From Chitinophagaceae bacterium (GTDB taxonomy: Bacteria; Bacteroidota; Bacteroidia; Chitinophagales; Chitinophagaceae), in contig JAYULK010000009.1 in the NCBI GenBank assembly GCA_043763635.1, forward strand, positions 906 to 64,905: a DNA stretch of 64,000 bases. Reading direction: 5' to 3'. Shown here piece after piece: positions 16,790 through 26,344 of this stretch; the stretch's first letter is position 1; every line of letters begins with the position of its first letter. Made by a program: the position numbers and the translations under genes. The notes beneath the pieces are model-generated. The model searched no databases. It saw only the letters and a program-made list of their open reading frames with translations, and had not been told where the DNA came from.

Positions 16790-18958
16790 CTACTTCACTA
16801 CCACTCCATTCGCCATTACCGTTTCAGGGCTTACAAACACTAATTGTCCGTCAGGTTGCTCCGCAAGCAAAATCATTCCCTGGCTTTCAATGCCACGCAT
16901 CTTGCGTGGTGCAAGGTTTGTAACTACAATCACTTGTTTGCCTGGCAAAGCTTCGGGTGAAAAATGTTGGGCAATCCCAGATACAATTGTTCTTTGTTCA
17001 AAGCCCATGTCAACCTGCAATTTTAAAAGCTTATTAGCCTTTGCTACTTTTTCTGCTGCTGTAATGGTTCCTATCCGTAAGTCAATCTTGGCAAAATCAT
17101 CAAAGGAAATTTCAGATTTCAGATTTGTGATTTCAGATTCTTCAGCAATCTTTTCTGGCTGTTCACTGCCAACTTCTCTTTCAAAGCTTGCTGCTTTTAA
17201 TTTCTCCACCTGATACTTCACTTCATCATCTTCAATTTTTCTAAATAATAATTCGGGGGCTCTTAATGAATATCCAACGCTTAATAGCTTCATTGATCCC
17301 GCATTTTCCCAATCCAACACCTTTTCAACCACCTTCATCATCCCACACATTTTACGGGCAGTGTTTGGAAGATATGGATTGATTAGAATGGATAAGTTGG
17401 CGCATAATTGCAAGCATAAATGCAGGCAGTTGTCAATCAGCTTTTTATTTTCTTCACTCGAGGCTTGTGTTTTATCAGCTGATACTTTCTTCCACGGCTC
17501 TTTCTCCTGCAAATATTTATTTCCCTTGCGGGCAAGGTCTATAATCTCAAACAATCCATCTCTAAACTTATATGTTTCTATAAAACTTTCTACCTTGGTT
17601 TTAGCCGAAGCAATTTCTGTTATCAGTGCTTTATCCTTGTCATCAATAATATCATTGTGAAACTTAGGAACTTTGCCACCGCACAGTTTATGCATTAAAA
17701 CAAAACTGCGGTTAACAAAATTGCCAAAGATGGCTACCAGCTCACTGTTTATTGAATCCTGGAAACCTTTCCAGGTGAACTCGCTGTCTTTATTTTCAGG
17801 AAGAATAGTAGTTAAATAGTAACGCAAAGCATCAGCCATTTGCGGACCACCATTGTCTTTGTTTATAAAATCATCTATATAATCCTGCATCTCCAGTTTC
17901 CAATTGCGGCTGGTGCTCATCTTGTCCCCTTCGAGGTTCATAAATTCGTTAGCAGGAACATTATCCGGTAAAATATAACCGTGCAGTTTGAGCATGGCCG
18001 GAAAAATAATGCAATGAAAAACAATATTATCCTTGCCTACAAAATGTACAAGTTTCGTTTCTTTGTCCATCCAGTAAGGCTTCCAATCATTGCCTGTATT
18101 TATAGCCCATTGCTTTGTAGCGCTTATATATCCAATGGGTGCATCAAACCATACATATAACACTTTGCCTTCTGCATCTGGCAGCGGTACCTGCACGCCC
18201 CAATCAAGATCGCGGGTTACCGCACGGGCCTGAAGCCCGTTGTCAATCCAACTTTTACACTGCCCTAAAACATTCGTTTTCCAATCAGCAGCATGTTCTA
18301 CTGTAATCCAATTCTTCAGCCATTCTTCATGCCTGTCCAATGGTAGATACCAATGTTTGGTCCATTTTTTTACCGGAGCATTTCCGCTTAGTGTGCTTAC
18401 AGGGTTTATTAGTTCATCCGGGCTCAGCGCTGTGCCGCACTTTTCGCATTGGTCGCCAAAGGCACCATTAAAACCACAATTAGGACAAGTGCCTTTTATG
18501 TAACGATCGGCTAAAAAGTTTTGTGCTTCTTCATCGTAATACTGTTCGCTTTCTTTTATTTCAAGATCACCCCGATCATTTAAATAGGAAAAAAACTCCT
18601 GCGTAGTATCATGATGTAAGGGACTGCTCGTCCTGTCATAGATATCAAAAGAGATAGAAAGGTCGTCAAAGTTTTGCTTCATGATCACATGATACTTATC
18701 AATGATGGCCTTGGCTGTAGTGCCCTCTTTCATGGCTTGTATTGGAATGGCGGTGCCATGTTCATCACTACCGCAAACATATACCACATCACGCTTTTGT
18801 GCCCGCAGGTAACGCACATAAATATCCGCAGGAATGTAGGCTCCGGCCAGATGTCCTATATGCTTTAAACCATTGGCGTATGGCAGGGCAGAAGTTACTA
18901 AATATCTTTTTGGGCTATTACTGCCATTGGTTTTTAAACTATCTTTTTCCAAACTCAT
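16790..18958 (-). CDS. metG: Methionine--tRNA ligase with C-terminal tRNA-binding domain
   Basis: 722-aa ORF. HIGH-type motif (KHIGHLAG), KMSTS (KMSKS), zinc knuckles CPNCG/CEKCG, and a C-terminal EMAP/Trbp111-like domain (DLRIGTITAAEKV). Confidence 0.95.
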   Translation of the reverse strand: MSLEKDSLKTNGSNSPKRYLVTSALPYANGLKHIGHLAGAYIPADIYVRYLRAQKRDVVYVCGSDEHGTAIPIQAMKEGTTAKAIIDKYHVIMKQNFDDLSISFDIYDRTSSPLHHDTTQEFFSYLNDRGDLEIKESEQYYDEEAQNFLADRYIKGTCPNCGFNGAFGDQCEKCGTALSPDELINPVSTLSGNAPVKKWTKHWYLPLDRHEEWLKNWITVEHAADWKTNVLGQCKSWIDNGLQARAVTRDLDWGVQVPLPDAEGKVLYVWFDAPIGYISATKQWAINTGNDWKPYWMDKETKLVHFVGKDNIVFHCIIFPAMLKLHGYILPDNVPANEFMNLEGDKMSTSRNWKLEMQDYIDDFINKDNGGPQMADALRYYLTTILPENKDSEFTWKGFQDSINSELVAIFGNFVNRSFVLMHKLCGGKVPKFHNDIIDDKDKALITEIASAKTKVESFIETYKFRDGLFEIIDLARKGNKYLQEKEPWKKVSADKTQASSEENKKLIDNCLHLCLQLCANLSILINPYLPNTARKMCGMMKVVEKVLDWENAGSMKLLSVGYSLRAPELLFRKIEDDEVKYQVEKLKAASFEREVGSEQPEKIAEESEITNLKSEISFDDFAKIDLRIGTITAAEKVAKANKLLKLQVDMGFEQRTIVSGIAQHFSPEALPGKQVIVVTNLAPRKMRGIESQGMILLAEQPDGQLVFVSPETVMANGVVVK

Positions 18959-18980
18959 TCCTTAATTCGTAGTTATATTA

Positions 18981-19053
18981 TGTTGCCAGCTTTTGTAATT
19001 CTAATCATCGTCTCTTGCGTCGCACAATTGTACGTTCGGTAATTCTATTCAGC
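18981..19053 (+). repeat. Dispersed intergenic repeat, copy A (forward)
   Basis: tgttgccagc-tt-ttgtaattcta-N11-ttgcgtcgcaca-N12-gtaattcta-ttcagc. By hand count, 57 of 73 aligned positions match copy B. Begins 22 nt upstream of the metG ATG. Confidence 0.8.
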
Positions 19054-19240
19054 ATTATTTAAACCATCATTAAAAGATGCGAACGATTTTTCATTTTGAG
19101 CGCTAACCGTGATCACCAGACCAATTGTGTAAAATCCAGGTTCAGACGATTACAGCGTTTTTCTACCGATTGCAAAAATACCGCAAACCTTTTAACCCTT
19201 TTTAAATGATTGAAACAGATATAAATACTGAACTTTAATT

Positions 19241-20269
19241 ATGAACCGTAAAACGTTTTTGAATTCTTCTGCAGTTGTACTGGGAAGTGCATTATTGCCC
19301 TTTAAAAAAACACTCTTCAGTACTGGGAATGAAGAAGCGGACCTGTATAAAAAACCAGCTTATTTAAAGAAGAACGATGTAATTGGCATTTCTTCTCCTG
19401 CCGGCTTTATAACTCTTGAGGAACTCAGGCCGGCTATCCAACAAATAGAAAGCTGGGGATATAAAGTAAGAATTGGCGAGTCTATTGGCAGGCGTGATTT
19501 TACACGTGGCGGTACCGACCTGGAAAGAGCAGCAGACCTTCAAAAAATGTTGGATGATCCGTTGATTAAAGCCATCCTGTGTGCAAGAGGAGGTTATGGT
19601 TCTATTGGTATTGTAGATAAATTAAACTGGACGAAATTTAAAGCCAAAGCAAAATGGCTGATTGGCTTTAGTGATGTTACGGTGCTGCATAACCACATTC
19701 ACCAAAACTGCAAAGTGGCTTCCATTCATTCAAAAATGTGCAATTCATTTCCTGAAGACTGGAATGCTGCTTTACCAATACAAGTAGAAACAATCAACTC
19801 CATCCGCGATGCTTTATCGGGTAAAAAGATGCAGTATTCCGTCAAGGGGAATAGTCAAAACAAGCCTGGAATAGCAGAAGGTATTTTAGTGGGCGGTAAT
19901 TTAAAAACAATTGAAACGCTTGCAGGTACTGTTTCTGACATAAATACAACAGGAAAAATTTTGTTTGTAGAAGACACGGGCGAATATTTATATAGCCTCG
20001 ACAGAATGTTTTGGAACCTGAAAAGAACCGGTAAGATGAAAGCCTTAAGAGGGCTAATTATCGGGGGCTTCAATATTAAGGATGATGATGAAGGGGAAGA
20101 ATTCGGAAAAACGCTCGAACAAATTGTCCAGGATAAAATAAAGGAATATACCTATCCTGTTTGTTTTGATTTTCCCGTAGGCCATCAACGGGCTAACTTT
20201 GCTTTAAAATGTGGTGTGATGCATCGTTTAAATGTTGGTGCGGGTAATGTTTTATTAGAGGAGCGGTGA
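19241..20269 (+). CDS. LD-carboxypeptidase (peptidase S66), exported form
   Basis: 342-aa ORF. N-terminal signal with Tat-like NRKTFL. S66 catalytic motifs GFSDVTVLH (Ser), FVEDTGE (Glu) and PVGHQ (His). Confidence 0.85.
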   Translation: MNRKTFLNSSAVVLGSALLPFKKTLFSTGNEEADLYKKPAYLKKNDVIGISSPAGFITLEELRPAIQQIESWGYKVRIGESIGRRDFTRGGTDLERAADLQKMLDDPLIKAILCARGGYGSIGIVDKLNWTKFKAKAKWLIGFSDVTVLHNHIHQNCKVASIHSKMCNSFPEDWNAALPIQVETINSIRDALSGKKMQYSVKGNSQNKPGIAEGILVGGNLKTIETLAGTVSDINTTGKILFVEDTGEYLYSLDRMFWNLKRTGKMKALRGLIIGGFNIKDDDEGEEFGKTLEQIVQDKIKEYTYPVCFDFPVGHQRANFALKCGVMHRLNVGAGNVLLEER

Positions 20270-21238
20270 ATGCTGAACGCTGAATGCTCAAACCTCAAAC
20301 CAAATCTTACCATGACAAAAGTTCCCTTATATTTAAAGCCAGGTGATATAATAGGCATTCTTGCCCCTGCTGGCTATATGTCTTACGAACGTATGCAGCC
20401 TTGCATTAAAGCCTTACAAAGCTGGGGCTATCGTGTTACCACGGGACCCACAACACAAAGCTTATCTCAAAATTATTTTTCCGGAACCGATGAAGAGCGG
20501 CTTGCAGACCTGCAAGCCATGCTTGATGATAAGCATATTAAAGCAATACTATGCGCCCGGGGTGGCTATGGAATGAGCCGCATTATTGATGCTTTAAACT
20601 TTAAAAAGTTCAAAAAAAATCCAAAATGGATTGTTGGCTTTAGCGACATTACTGTTTTGCATTCTCACCTATATGCTGCTTATAAAATAGCTTCTTTGCA
20701 TTCACCCATGGCGGCTGCTTTTAGTTCTGAAGATCCTGAAGATCCGTACGTATTATCGTTGAGGGATGCTTTAGAAGGCAAACCACTTAATTATTCCTGC
20801 GAAGCCCATGAATTTAATCGTTCTGGAACGGCAACCGGTTATCTTATGGGTGGAAACTTATCTATACTTACTCATCTCATCGGCACTCCGTCTGATGTAA
20901 ACATGAAACATAAAATACTTTTTCTTGAAGATGTGGGGGAGTACCTGTATAATATAGATCGAATGCTTGTGCATTTAAAAAGGGCAGGCAAATTTGATAA
21001 ACTTGAGGGCCTAATTATCGGTGGGTTTACTGATATGAAGGATACGGAAAGGCCTTATGGAAAATCTGTTTTTGAGATCATTAATGAACAAATAAAGCTA
21101 ATTGAAATTCCATACTGTTTTGGCTTTCCCGTGAGCCATGGTAAAGAAAATTATGCGTTAAAGATTGGTGTAAAATGTGAATTAAATATTACACACGATG
21201 TAGTTACGGTTAAAGAGTTAACTACTGAAGAATTATAA
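20270..21238 (+). CDS. LD-carboxypeptidase (peptidase S66), cytoplasmic-type paralog
   Basis: 322-aa ORF beginning immediately after the upstream stop. An alternative ATG at 20312 gives MTKVPLYLKPGD. Motifs GFSDITVLH, FLEDVGE and PVSHG. No signal peptide. Confidence 0.85.
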   Translation: MLNAECSNLKPNLTMTKVPLYLKPGDIIGILAPAGYMSYERMQPCIKALQSWGYRVTTGPTTQSLSQNYFSGTDEERLADLQAMLDDKHIKAILCARGGYGMSRIIDALNFKKFKKNPKWIVGFSDITVLHSHLYAAYKIASLHSPMAAAFSSEDPEDPYVLSLRDALEGKPLNYSCEAHEFNRSGTATGYLMGGNLSILTHLIGTPSDVNMKHKILFLEDVGEYLYNIDRMLVHLKRAGKFDKLEGLIIGGFTDMKDTERPYGKSVFEIINEQIKLIEIPYCFGFPVSHGKENYALKIGVKCELNITHDVVTVKELTTEEL

Positions 21239-21280
21239 AATCAACAAAAATAAAGGCAGCCTCAAATAATTTGTGACCTC

Positions 21281-21313
21281 TTCATTAAAGAAGGAACGTC
21301 ATTCTTTAATGAA
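21281..21313. terminator. AT-rich 12-bp hairpin between converging genes
   Basis: ttcattaaagaa / ttctttaatgaa is a perfect 12-bp inverted repeat around a 9-nt spacer. Sits between stops at 21238 (+) and 21318 (-). No clear T-run. Confidence 0.4.
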
Positions 21314-21317
21314 ATAA

Positions 21318-22466
21318 CTACTGATACCGGTTGTAATAATTTCTCAATCGTAGAGTTAAATCATTCTGGAGTTTTCTTAGTAATTCATCTGCTATTTCTT
21401 CCTGGCCCGGAATATTTGTATCACGTTTATTTAATAAAGTTCTATCGGTTTCAGTTAAAGCTCTTTCATCACCCGTATAAGTGGCAAATTCAGTTTGCCA
21501 GCGATGTTCTCCACGAAAGTTATCGGACCATAATACACTCCCCCTGGGTTCCCTTGTGGTTACATACATTTCTACATCCGATATTAATGTTCTTTTTGTA
21601 GCCGTAATCTTTGCATACACTTTTGCATATTCCTTTACCACGGAATCTTTTTTATATACAGTTTCTTTCACCACTACCTCTTTGGATACCTCCCTGCTGG
21701 AATTTTGATCATACGGCTGGCCAATATTCATTCTTCCTAATCTCATTTCTACAACTTCGTCCGGTTCTATGCGATTGCCTTGTGTTTCTGCTTCTGTATA
21801 AAAATTTATAAAATCGTTACTGCTATTATAATTGAGGCTGCGCATAATCTGATCCTGAAAATTACGCATCTGGTAAGAACTATTGGCGTAATAGTAACTG
21901 TTGTTGTAAGCATCAAGGGGCACTACCAGTATCCTTACTACAGCAAGATTATAAGCTTCCTGCAGCATCTTTTTTATATCAAAATCATTGGGCTTATAGT
22001 TAAGTGCTGCCCTGAATTCGCGATAAGCTTCCCGGTAAGATCTTTTATCTTCTCCCTGCATCCATTTTGATGCTCTTTCAAGGTGTACTTCAGATGCCTT
22101 ATCTCTATATGTTTCCAGGTAACTGCTATAATCTGAAGGTTTCAGAAAATGAGTAATGGGCGGATAGCGGCGGATTTTTTCGTAAAGGTTTTGTAGCTGA
22201 TAATAATGTTGGTATATCTGTGCATACCTGGTATCGCTACTACTGTTAGAAAGAATACGAATCTGGTCTTCATTATCGCTTACTGCATAATTGTACGAGC
22301 TTTTTAGAATGTCCCGGTATTCAGCATCATAAGGATCTTTCTGAAGTTTTTTTATTGATGCATCTATAGCATCATTATAATTTCCCCGCTGGTATAATTT
22401 GCTAGGAGATTTACAGGCTATCACTGCGGCAATAGCCAATGTTAGGATGGTGTATAATTTTATCAT
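21318..22466 (-). CDS. Hypothetical lipoprotein, Tyr/Asn-rich
   Basis: 382-aa ORF. Lipoprotein-type signal ending in AVIAC. No recognised domain. Confidence 0.6.
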   Translation of the reverse strand: MIKLYTILTLAIAAVIACKSPSKLYQRGNYNDAIDASIKKLQKDPYDAEYRDILKSSYNYAVSDNEDQIRILSNSSSDTRYAQIYQHYYQLQNLYEKIRRYPPITHFLKPSDYSSYLETYRDKASEVHLERASKWMQGEDKRSYREAYREFRAALNYKPNDFDIKKMLQEAYNLAVVRILVVPLDAYNNSYYYANSSYQMRNFQDQIMRSLNYNSSNDFINFYTEAETQGNRIEPDEVVEMRLGRMNIGQPYDQNSSREVSKEVVVKETVYKKDSVVKEYAKVYAKITATKRTLISDVEMYVTTREPRGSVLWSDNFRGEHRWQTEFATYTGDERALTETDRTLLNKRDTNIPGQEEIADELLRKLQNDLTLRLRNYYNRYQ

Positions 22467-22651
22467 GATACGGACTATTATTTTGTTAAAAGCAAAACAA
22501 CATTAAAGGTTAGTTTCCTAAAAGTTATTTAACGTTTACCTTAGCAAACTACAAAAAAGATTAGTACCGTGAAATGTTGCGGAGAAAATTTTAGAGTTCT
22601 TTAAAGTGCATTGCGTTGTCCTTGACCAACATCTTATGTTATCAATATCAA

Positions 22652-24625
22652 CTACAGATTATTAATACGTTTTAATTTTAAACTTGTAACAGGTGCTACG
22701 ATTAATGGAAATTTTTCTACCGTTACATTACTTACATCCAAACCAAAACCTCTTTCTTCTGATAAGCTTATATCTTTTAACCAGAAATAAAGACGCATGA
22801 CCATACGCTCAAGGATGGGCAGATCATTATCCTGGCTAAGGAATTTTTCCATTACAATAAATGAAAAATCTCCTACCACATTGCTGCGTTCAAGGCTTTC
22901 ATAGCGGCTTGTAATGTTTACTTCTTTATTGGTAACCAGGTCTTCTACAACCTTGCGGAACATAAGATTAATACGCGGCTCCATTCTGAAACCTAACCTG
23001 AATTCAACCCTGATTATGTCATTAGGTATTATATGATCCACTTTGTATTCCGCAGTGTACGGATCATCTAAAGTATCTACATGAATAAACCAATAGATAT
23101 CGGCACGCTTGGGTTTCTTATTCAGGATAGAATAAATGATCTTATGCTCTATTTCTTTTGGATTATCAGCACTTGTTAAATACACCAGATGGGTAGCATA
23201 TTTAGGAACAGAGCGGTCGTTACTTAGCTCCTGGATTTTAGAAATGTAATGATCAAGGCGTACGAACTCAATATATCGATTCTTTATTTTGCGAGATTTA
23301 AACCAGACGTACATAATTAAAAATAACAGGCCGCCAATAACAACGGCTACATAGCCGCCATGCGGAAATTTATCCATATTAGCAATGAGGAAACTGATCT
23401 CTATAGTAAAATAAACGCTGAGGTATAAGTAAATTAATAACGGTTTTACACGGTGCAGCACTAAATAATTAGCAAATAAAATTGAAGTAGCTATCATGCA
23501 TAAAGTAATAGCAAGGCCATAAGCAGCCTCCATATTTGCCGCCTTTTTAAAATATAAAACGATACCTATACAGCCGGCAAATAATAAAAAGTTTACGGAA
23601 CGCACATAGAGTTGTCCTCGGGCTTCAGTTGGGTAATTGATGCGGAATTTCGGCCAAAGATTTAAACGCATGGCCTCACTAATCAACGTAAATGAGCCAG
23701 AGATTAAAGCCTGGCTTGCAATGACAGCCGCAGCAGTAGCAGTTGCTATTCCTATGTATAAAAACCAATGGGGCATTACGCCATAAAAGGGATTAAAGCC
23801 TGCTTCAATCATTTCTGAGGTAATGGCCTTTCCACTATAATTACTAAGTAACCACGCTCCCTGGCCCAGGTAATTTAAAATCAAACAAGTTTTTACAAAA
23901 ATCCATGAGTAACGAATATTCCACTTACCGCAATGTCCTAAATCAGAATAAAGCGCCTCTGCCCCGGTAGTACATAGAAACACACCGCCAAGTATATAAA
24001 ATCCTTTTGGATAATTTACCAGCAGCTTTATTCCCAGGTATGGATTAAATGCTTTAAAAACATGCAGTTCATCGCCGATGTGTAAAACACCAAGAAAGGC
24101 AAGCATCAGGAACCAAAAGGCCATGACAGGTCCGAAAAAACGACCAATAAAAGCAGTGCCAAATTGTTGTATAAAAAATAATAAAGAAAGAATAGCAATA
24201 ACTATATAAACAATGGTTGACTGACTTATATCTGATATAGCAGGCACCTGCTTTAAGCCTTCTATAGCTGATGTTACAGAAATAGGTGGCGTGATCATAC
24301 CATCAGCTAAAAGTGCGGCGCCGCCAATCATGGCAGGTATTATTAGCCATTTTTTTCGTCTGCGTACCAGGGCGAATAATGAAAATATTCCACCTTCACC
24401 CCTGTTATCGGCATTGAGGGTAAGAATTACATACTTTATGGTTGTTTGAAGAGTAAGTGTCCAAATAATTAAAGACAACGAACCAATAACGAGATCTTCT
24501 GAAATAACTTTTCCGCTGGTAATGGAGTTTAGCACATATAAGGGCGAAGTGCCAATATCTCCATAAATAATTCCTAATGCAATTAATAAACCTGCCGCAG
24601 TAGCCTTTTTTGTTGAAATTTTCAA
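22652..24625 (-). CDS. kup: KUP/HAK/KT family potassium transporter
   Basis: 657-aa polytopic ORF. Hallmark N-terminal motif GDIGTSPLYV. Confidence 0.93.
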   Translation of the reverse strand: MKISTKKATAAGLLIALGIIYGDIGTSPLYVLNSITSGKVISEDLVIGSLSLIIWTLTLQTTIKYVILTLNADNRGEGGIFSLFALVRRRKKWLIIPAMIGGAALLADGMITPPISVTSAIEGLKQVPAISDISQSTIVYIVIAILSLLFFIQQFGTAFIGRFFGPVMAFWFLMLAFLGVLHIGDELHVFKAFNPYLGIKLLVNYPKGFYILGGVFLCTTGAEALYSDLGHCGKWNIRYSWIFVKTCLILNYLGQGAWLLSNYSGKAITSEMIEAGFNPFYGVMPHWFLYIGIATATAAAVIASQALISGSFTLISEAMRLNLWPKFRINYPTEARGQLYVRSVNFLLFAGCIGIVLYFKKAANMEAAYGLAITLCMIATSILFANYLVLHRVKPLLIYLYLSVYFTIEISFLIANMDKFPHGGYVAVVIGGLLFLIMYVWFKSRKIKNRYIEFVRLDHYISKIQELSNDRSVPKYATHLVYLTSADNPKEIEHKIIYSILNKKPKRADIYWFIHVDTLDDPYTAEYKVDHIIPNDIIRVEFRLGFRMEPRINLMFRKVVEDLVTNKEVNITSRYESLERSNVVGDFSFIVMEKFLSQDNDLPILERMVMRLYFWLKDISLSEERGFGLDVSNVTVEKFPLIVAPVTSLKLKRINNL

Positions 24626-24672
24626 TAGCCTGAAATTATAGATGTAGTTGGGTTCGGTTTAGCACAAGGCAT

Positions 24673-24680
24673 CAAAGTTA
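24673..24680 (-). promoter_or_regulatory. Candidate Bacteroidota -7 promoter box (TAACTTTG on the minus strand)
   Basis: Plus-strand caaagtta is the reverse complement of the TAnnTTTG consensus. Lies 48 nt upstream of the kup ATG. No well-spaced -33 TTTG seen. Confidence 0.3.
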
Positions 24681-24811
24681 TGGTCTATTCAAATCAATAA
24701 TAAAACTAAAGTTCTACCGTTTTTCTTAACGTATTTATAAGCACTTTCCGATAAATATAAACGTCTGTTTAGCAGTACATCCATTAACTTTAATTTGTTT
24801 AATTACGACTT

Positions 24812-26335
24812 ATGTCTTTGATAAAATTATTTTTTGTTCTAGGGGTTATAAATTTTGGATTTATTGCATCAGCCCAAAGGGTTGTGTATTCTGAGCCTGA
24901 TAGAAATGATACCCGGAGAATGAACTTTGAGGTAATTGGTAAGGTTGCCAGTAATTTTCTCATCTATAAAAATATTGGCAATAAAAACTTCATTACCATT
25001 TATGACAATGATATGAAGCAGGTGGATAAGGTGGAGCATGAGTATTTGCCAAATGAACGGCTTATTAATATTGATTTTTTTCCTTATTCTGATTTTACCT
25101 ACATGGTTTACCAGTATCAGAAAAAAAACATTGTGTATTGTGATGCAGTAAAAGTTGATGGAAAAGGCCACAAAGCTTCTGACATTATTTCCCTAGATAC
25201 TTCTCATATTGGTTTTGCATCAAGCAATAAAATATATACTTCTATAACAAGTGAGGATAAAAGCAAAGTGATGGTCTTTAAGATCAATTCACGCAATCGG
25301 TCAATGTATCTTATTACAACATTACTTTTCAATAGTCAGCTGGAACTAAAAAAGCGCAGCAGCTTTGTTATTCCGATGGATGATTTCAGAGAAGATTACC
25401 TGAACGAATTTAATGTGGATAATGACGGAGACCTGGTGTTTACAAAATTTACCAGAGGGGCCAATGATGCTATAACCAAAGCCCAGCTTCTTTGGAAGGC
25501 TGCTGCTGCCGATAGCCTTACAACCGTTAATATTGGCCTTAGTAAAATTTTTCTTGATGAGCTTCATATTAAAGTAGATAATGTAAACAAACGTTACTTT
25601 CTTACATCTTTTTATTACAAACAAAAAAGAGGAAATATTGATGGCTTTTATTTTTATACATGGGATAAAACTTCTCAGAGGCCTTCTTTAGAAAGGGCTA
25701 TAGCGCTAGGCGATGAACTTCGCAATGAAGCCCGTGGCGATGCGAGCTCGAGGAGCGCCTTCAATGATTATTTTATACGTAATATTATTGTAAAGCGGGA
25801 TGGAGGCTTTATAATTGGCAGTGAATCTTATTACACTACCTCCCGTTATAATAATTGGAACCGATGGAATTATATGTATGGGATGCCTATGTCTAATTTC
25901 GATTATTATTCTTATTCTCCTTCCTATAGCAATTGGTGGTTAAGAAACCAATATTATAACAACCAGGCTGTGCGCCATCATGCAGATAATATCACAATTC
26001 TTTCATTTGATAACACCGGAAAATTGGAGTGGAGCAATGTAATTCATAAGAAACAGTTTGATGATGAATCCGGGGCGCAGGTATCTTATCAAATCGTAAA
26101 TACGGGTGGGCAGATACATTTTGTATTTAATGAAGAAGAAAAAAGGGCAATGTTGTTAAGTGATTATATTCTTTTGCCTGATGGCCAAATCAGCAGAAAC
26201 CCAACTTTAAAAAACCTTGACCGTAACTACGATTTTCTTTTAAAATTTGGTAAACAGGTTAGTAGCAAACAAATGATCATTCCCTGTTATTACAGAAATT
26301 ACATTTGCTTTGCAAAAATCGATTTTAATCAATAG
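24812..26335 (+). CDS. Hypothetical secreted protein with an aromatic/Asn-rich insert
   Basis: 507-aa ORF. Signal peptide (FIASAQ). Beta-rich, with the low-complexity segment YYTTSRYNNWNRWNYMYGMPMSNFDYYSYSPSYSNWWLRNQYYNNQ. No family recognised. Confidence 0.6.
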   Translation: MSLIKLFFVLGVINFGFIASAQRVVYSEPDRNDTRRMNFEVIGKVASNFLIYKNIGNKNFITIYDNDMKQVDKVEHEYLPNERLINIDFFPYSDFTYMVYQYQKKNIVYCDAVKVDGKGHKASDIISLDTSHIGFASSNKIYTSITSEDKSKVMVFKINSRNRSMYLITTLLFNSQLELKKRSSFVIPMDDFREDYLNEFNVDNDGDLVFTKFTRGANDAITKAQLLWKAAAADSLTTVNIGLSKIFLDELHIKVDNVNKRYFLTSFYYKQKRGNIDGFYFYTWDKTSQRPSLERAIALGDELRNEARGDASSRSAFNDYFIRNIIVKRDGGFIIGSESYYTTSRYNNWNRWNYMYGMPMSNFDYYSYSPSYSNWWLRNQYYNNQAVRHHADNITILSFDNTGKLEWSNVIHKKQFDDESGAQVSYQIVNTGGQIHFVFNEEEKRAMLLSDYILLPDGQISRNPTLKNLDRNYDFLLKFGKQVSSKQMIIPCYYRNYICFAKIDFNQ

Positions 26336-26344
26336 CATTGCCGT

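Noticed and set aside
17109-17136. Imperfect heptamer run atttcag-atttcag-atttgtg-atttcag inside metG, in the linker before the tRNA-binding domain.
   Set aside because: It has only about four units, one of them imperfect, and lies in a coding low-complexity linker (EESEITNLKSEISF). It is most simply a compositional feature. Slippage-mediated truncation is conceivable but unsupported.
16590-17213. 207-aa plus-strand ORF with a repetitive YEVGG(R/M)RYEVGG segment.
   Set aside because: The repetitive peptide is just the translation of the heptanucleotide microsatellite. The rest is antisense to the metG C-terminal domain.
21298-21309. The 12-mer cgtcattcttta is shared between the hairpin at 21281-21313 and the long hairpin at 30694-30758.
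   Set aside because: In 64 kb searched on both strands, hundreds of chance 12-mer matches are expected, more in AT-rich sequence. No flanking similarity supports a relationship.
24626-24811. Looked for riboswitch-like leaders upstream of kup (c-di-AMP type), glyA/folD (ZTP or THF type) and metG (T-box).
   Set aside because: The leaders are short, AT-rich and lack the conserved cores I remember for those classes. Only cmsearch against Rfam could exclude them formally.
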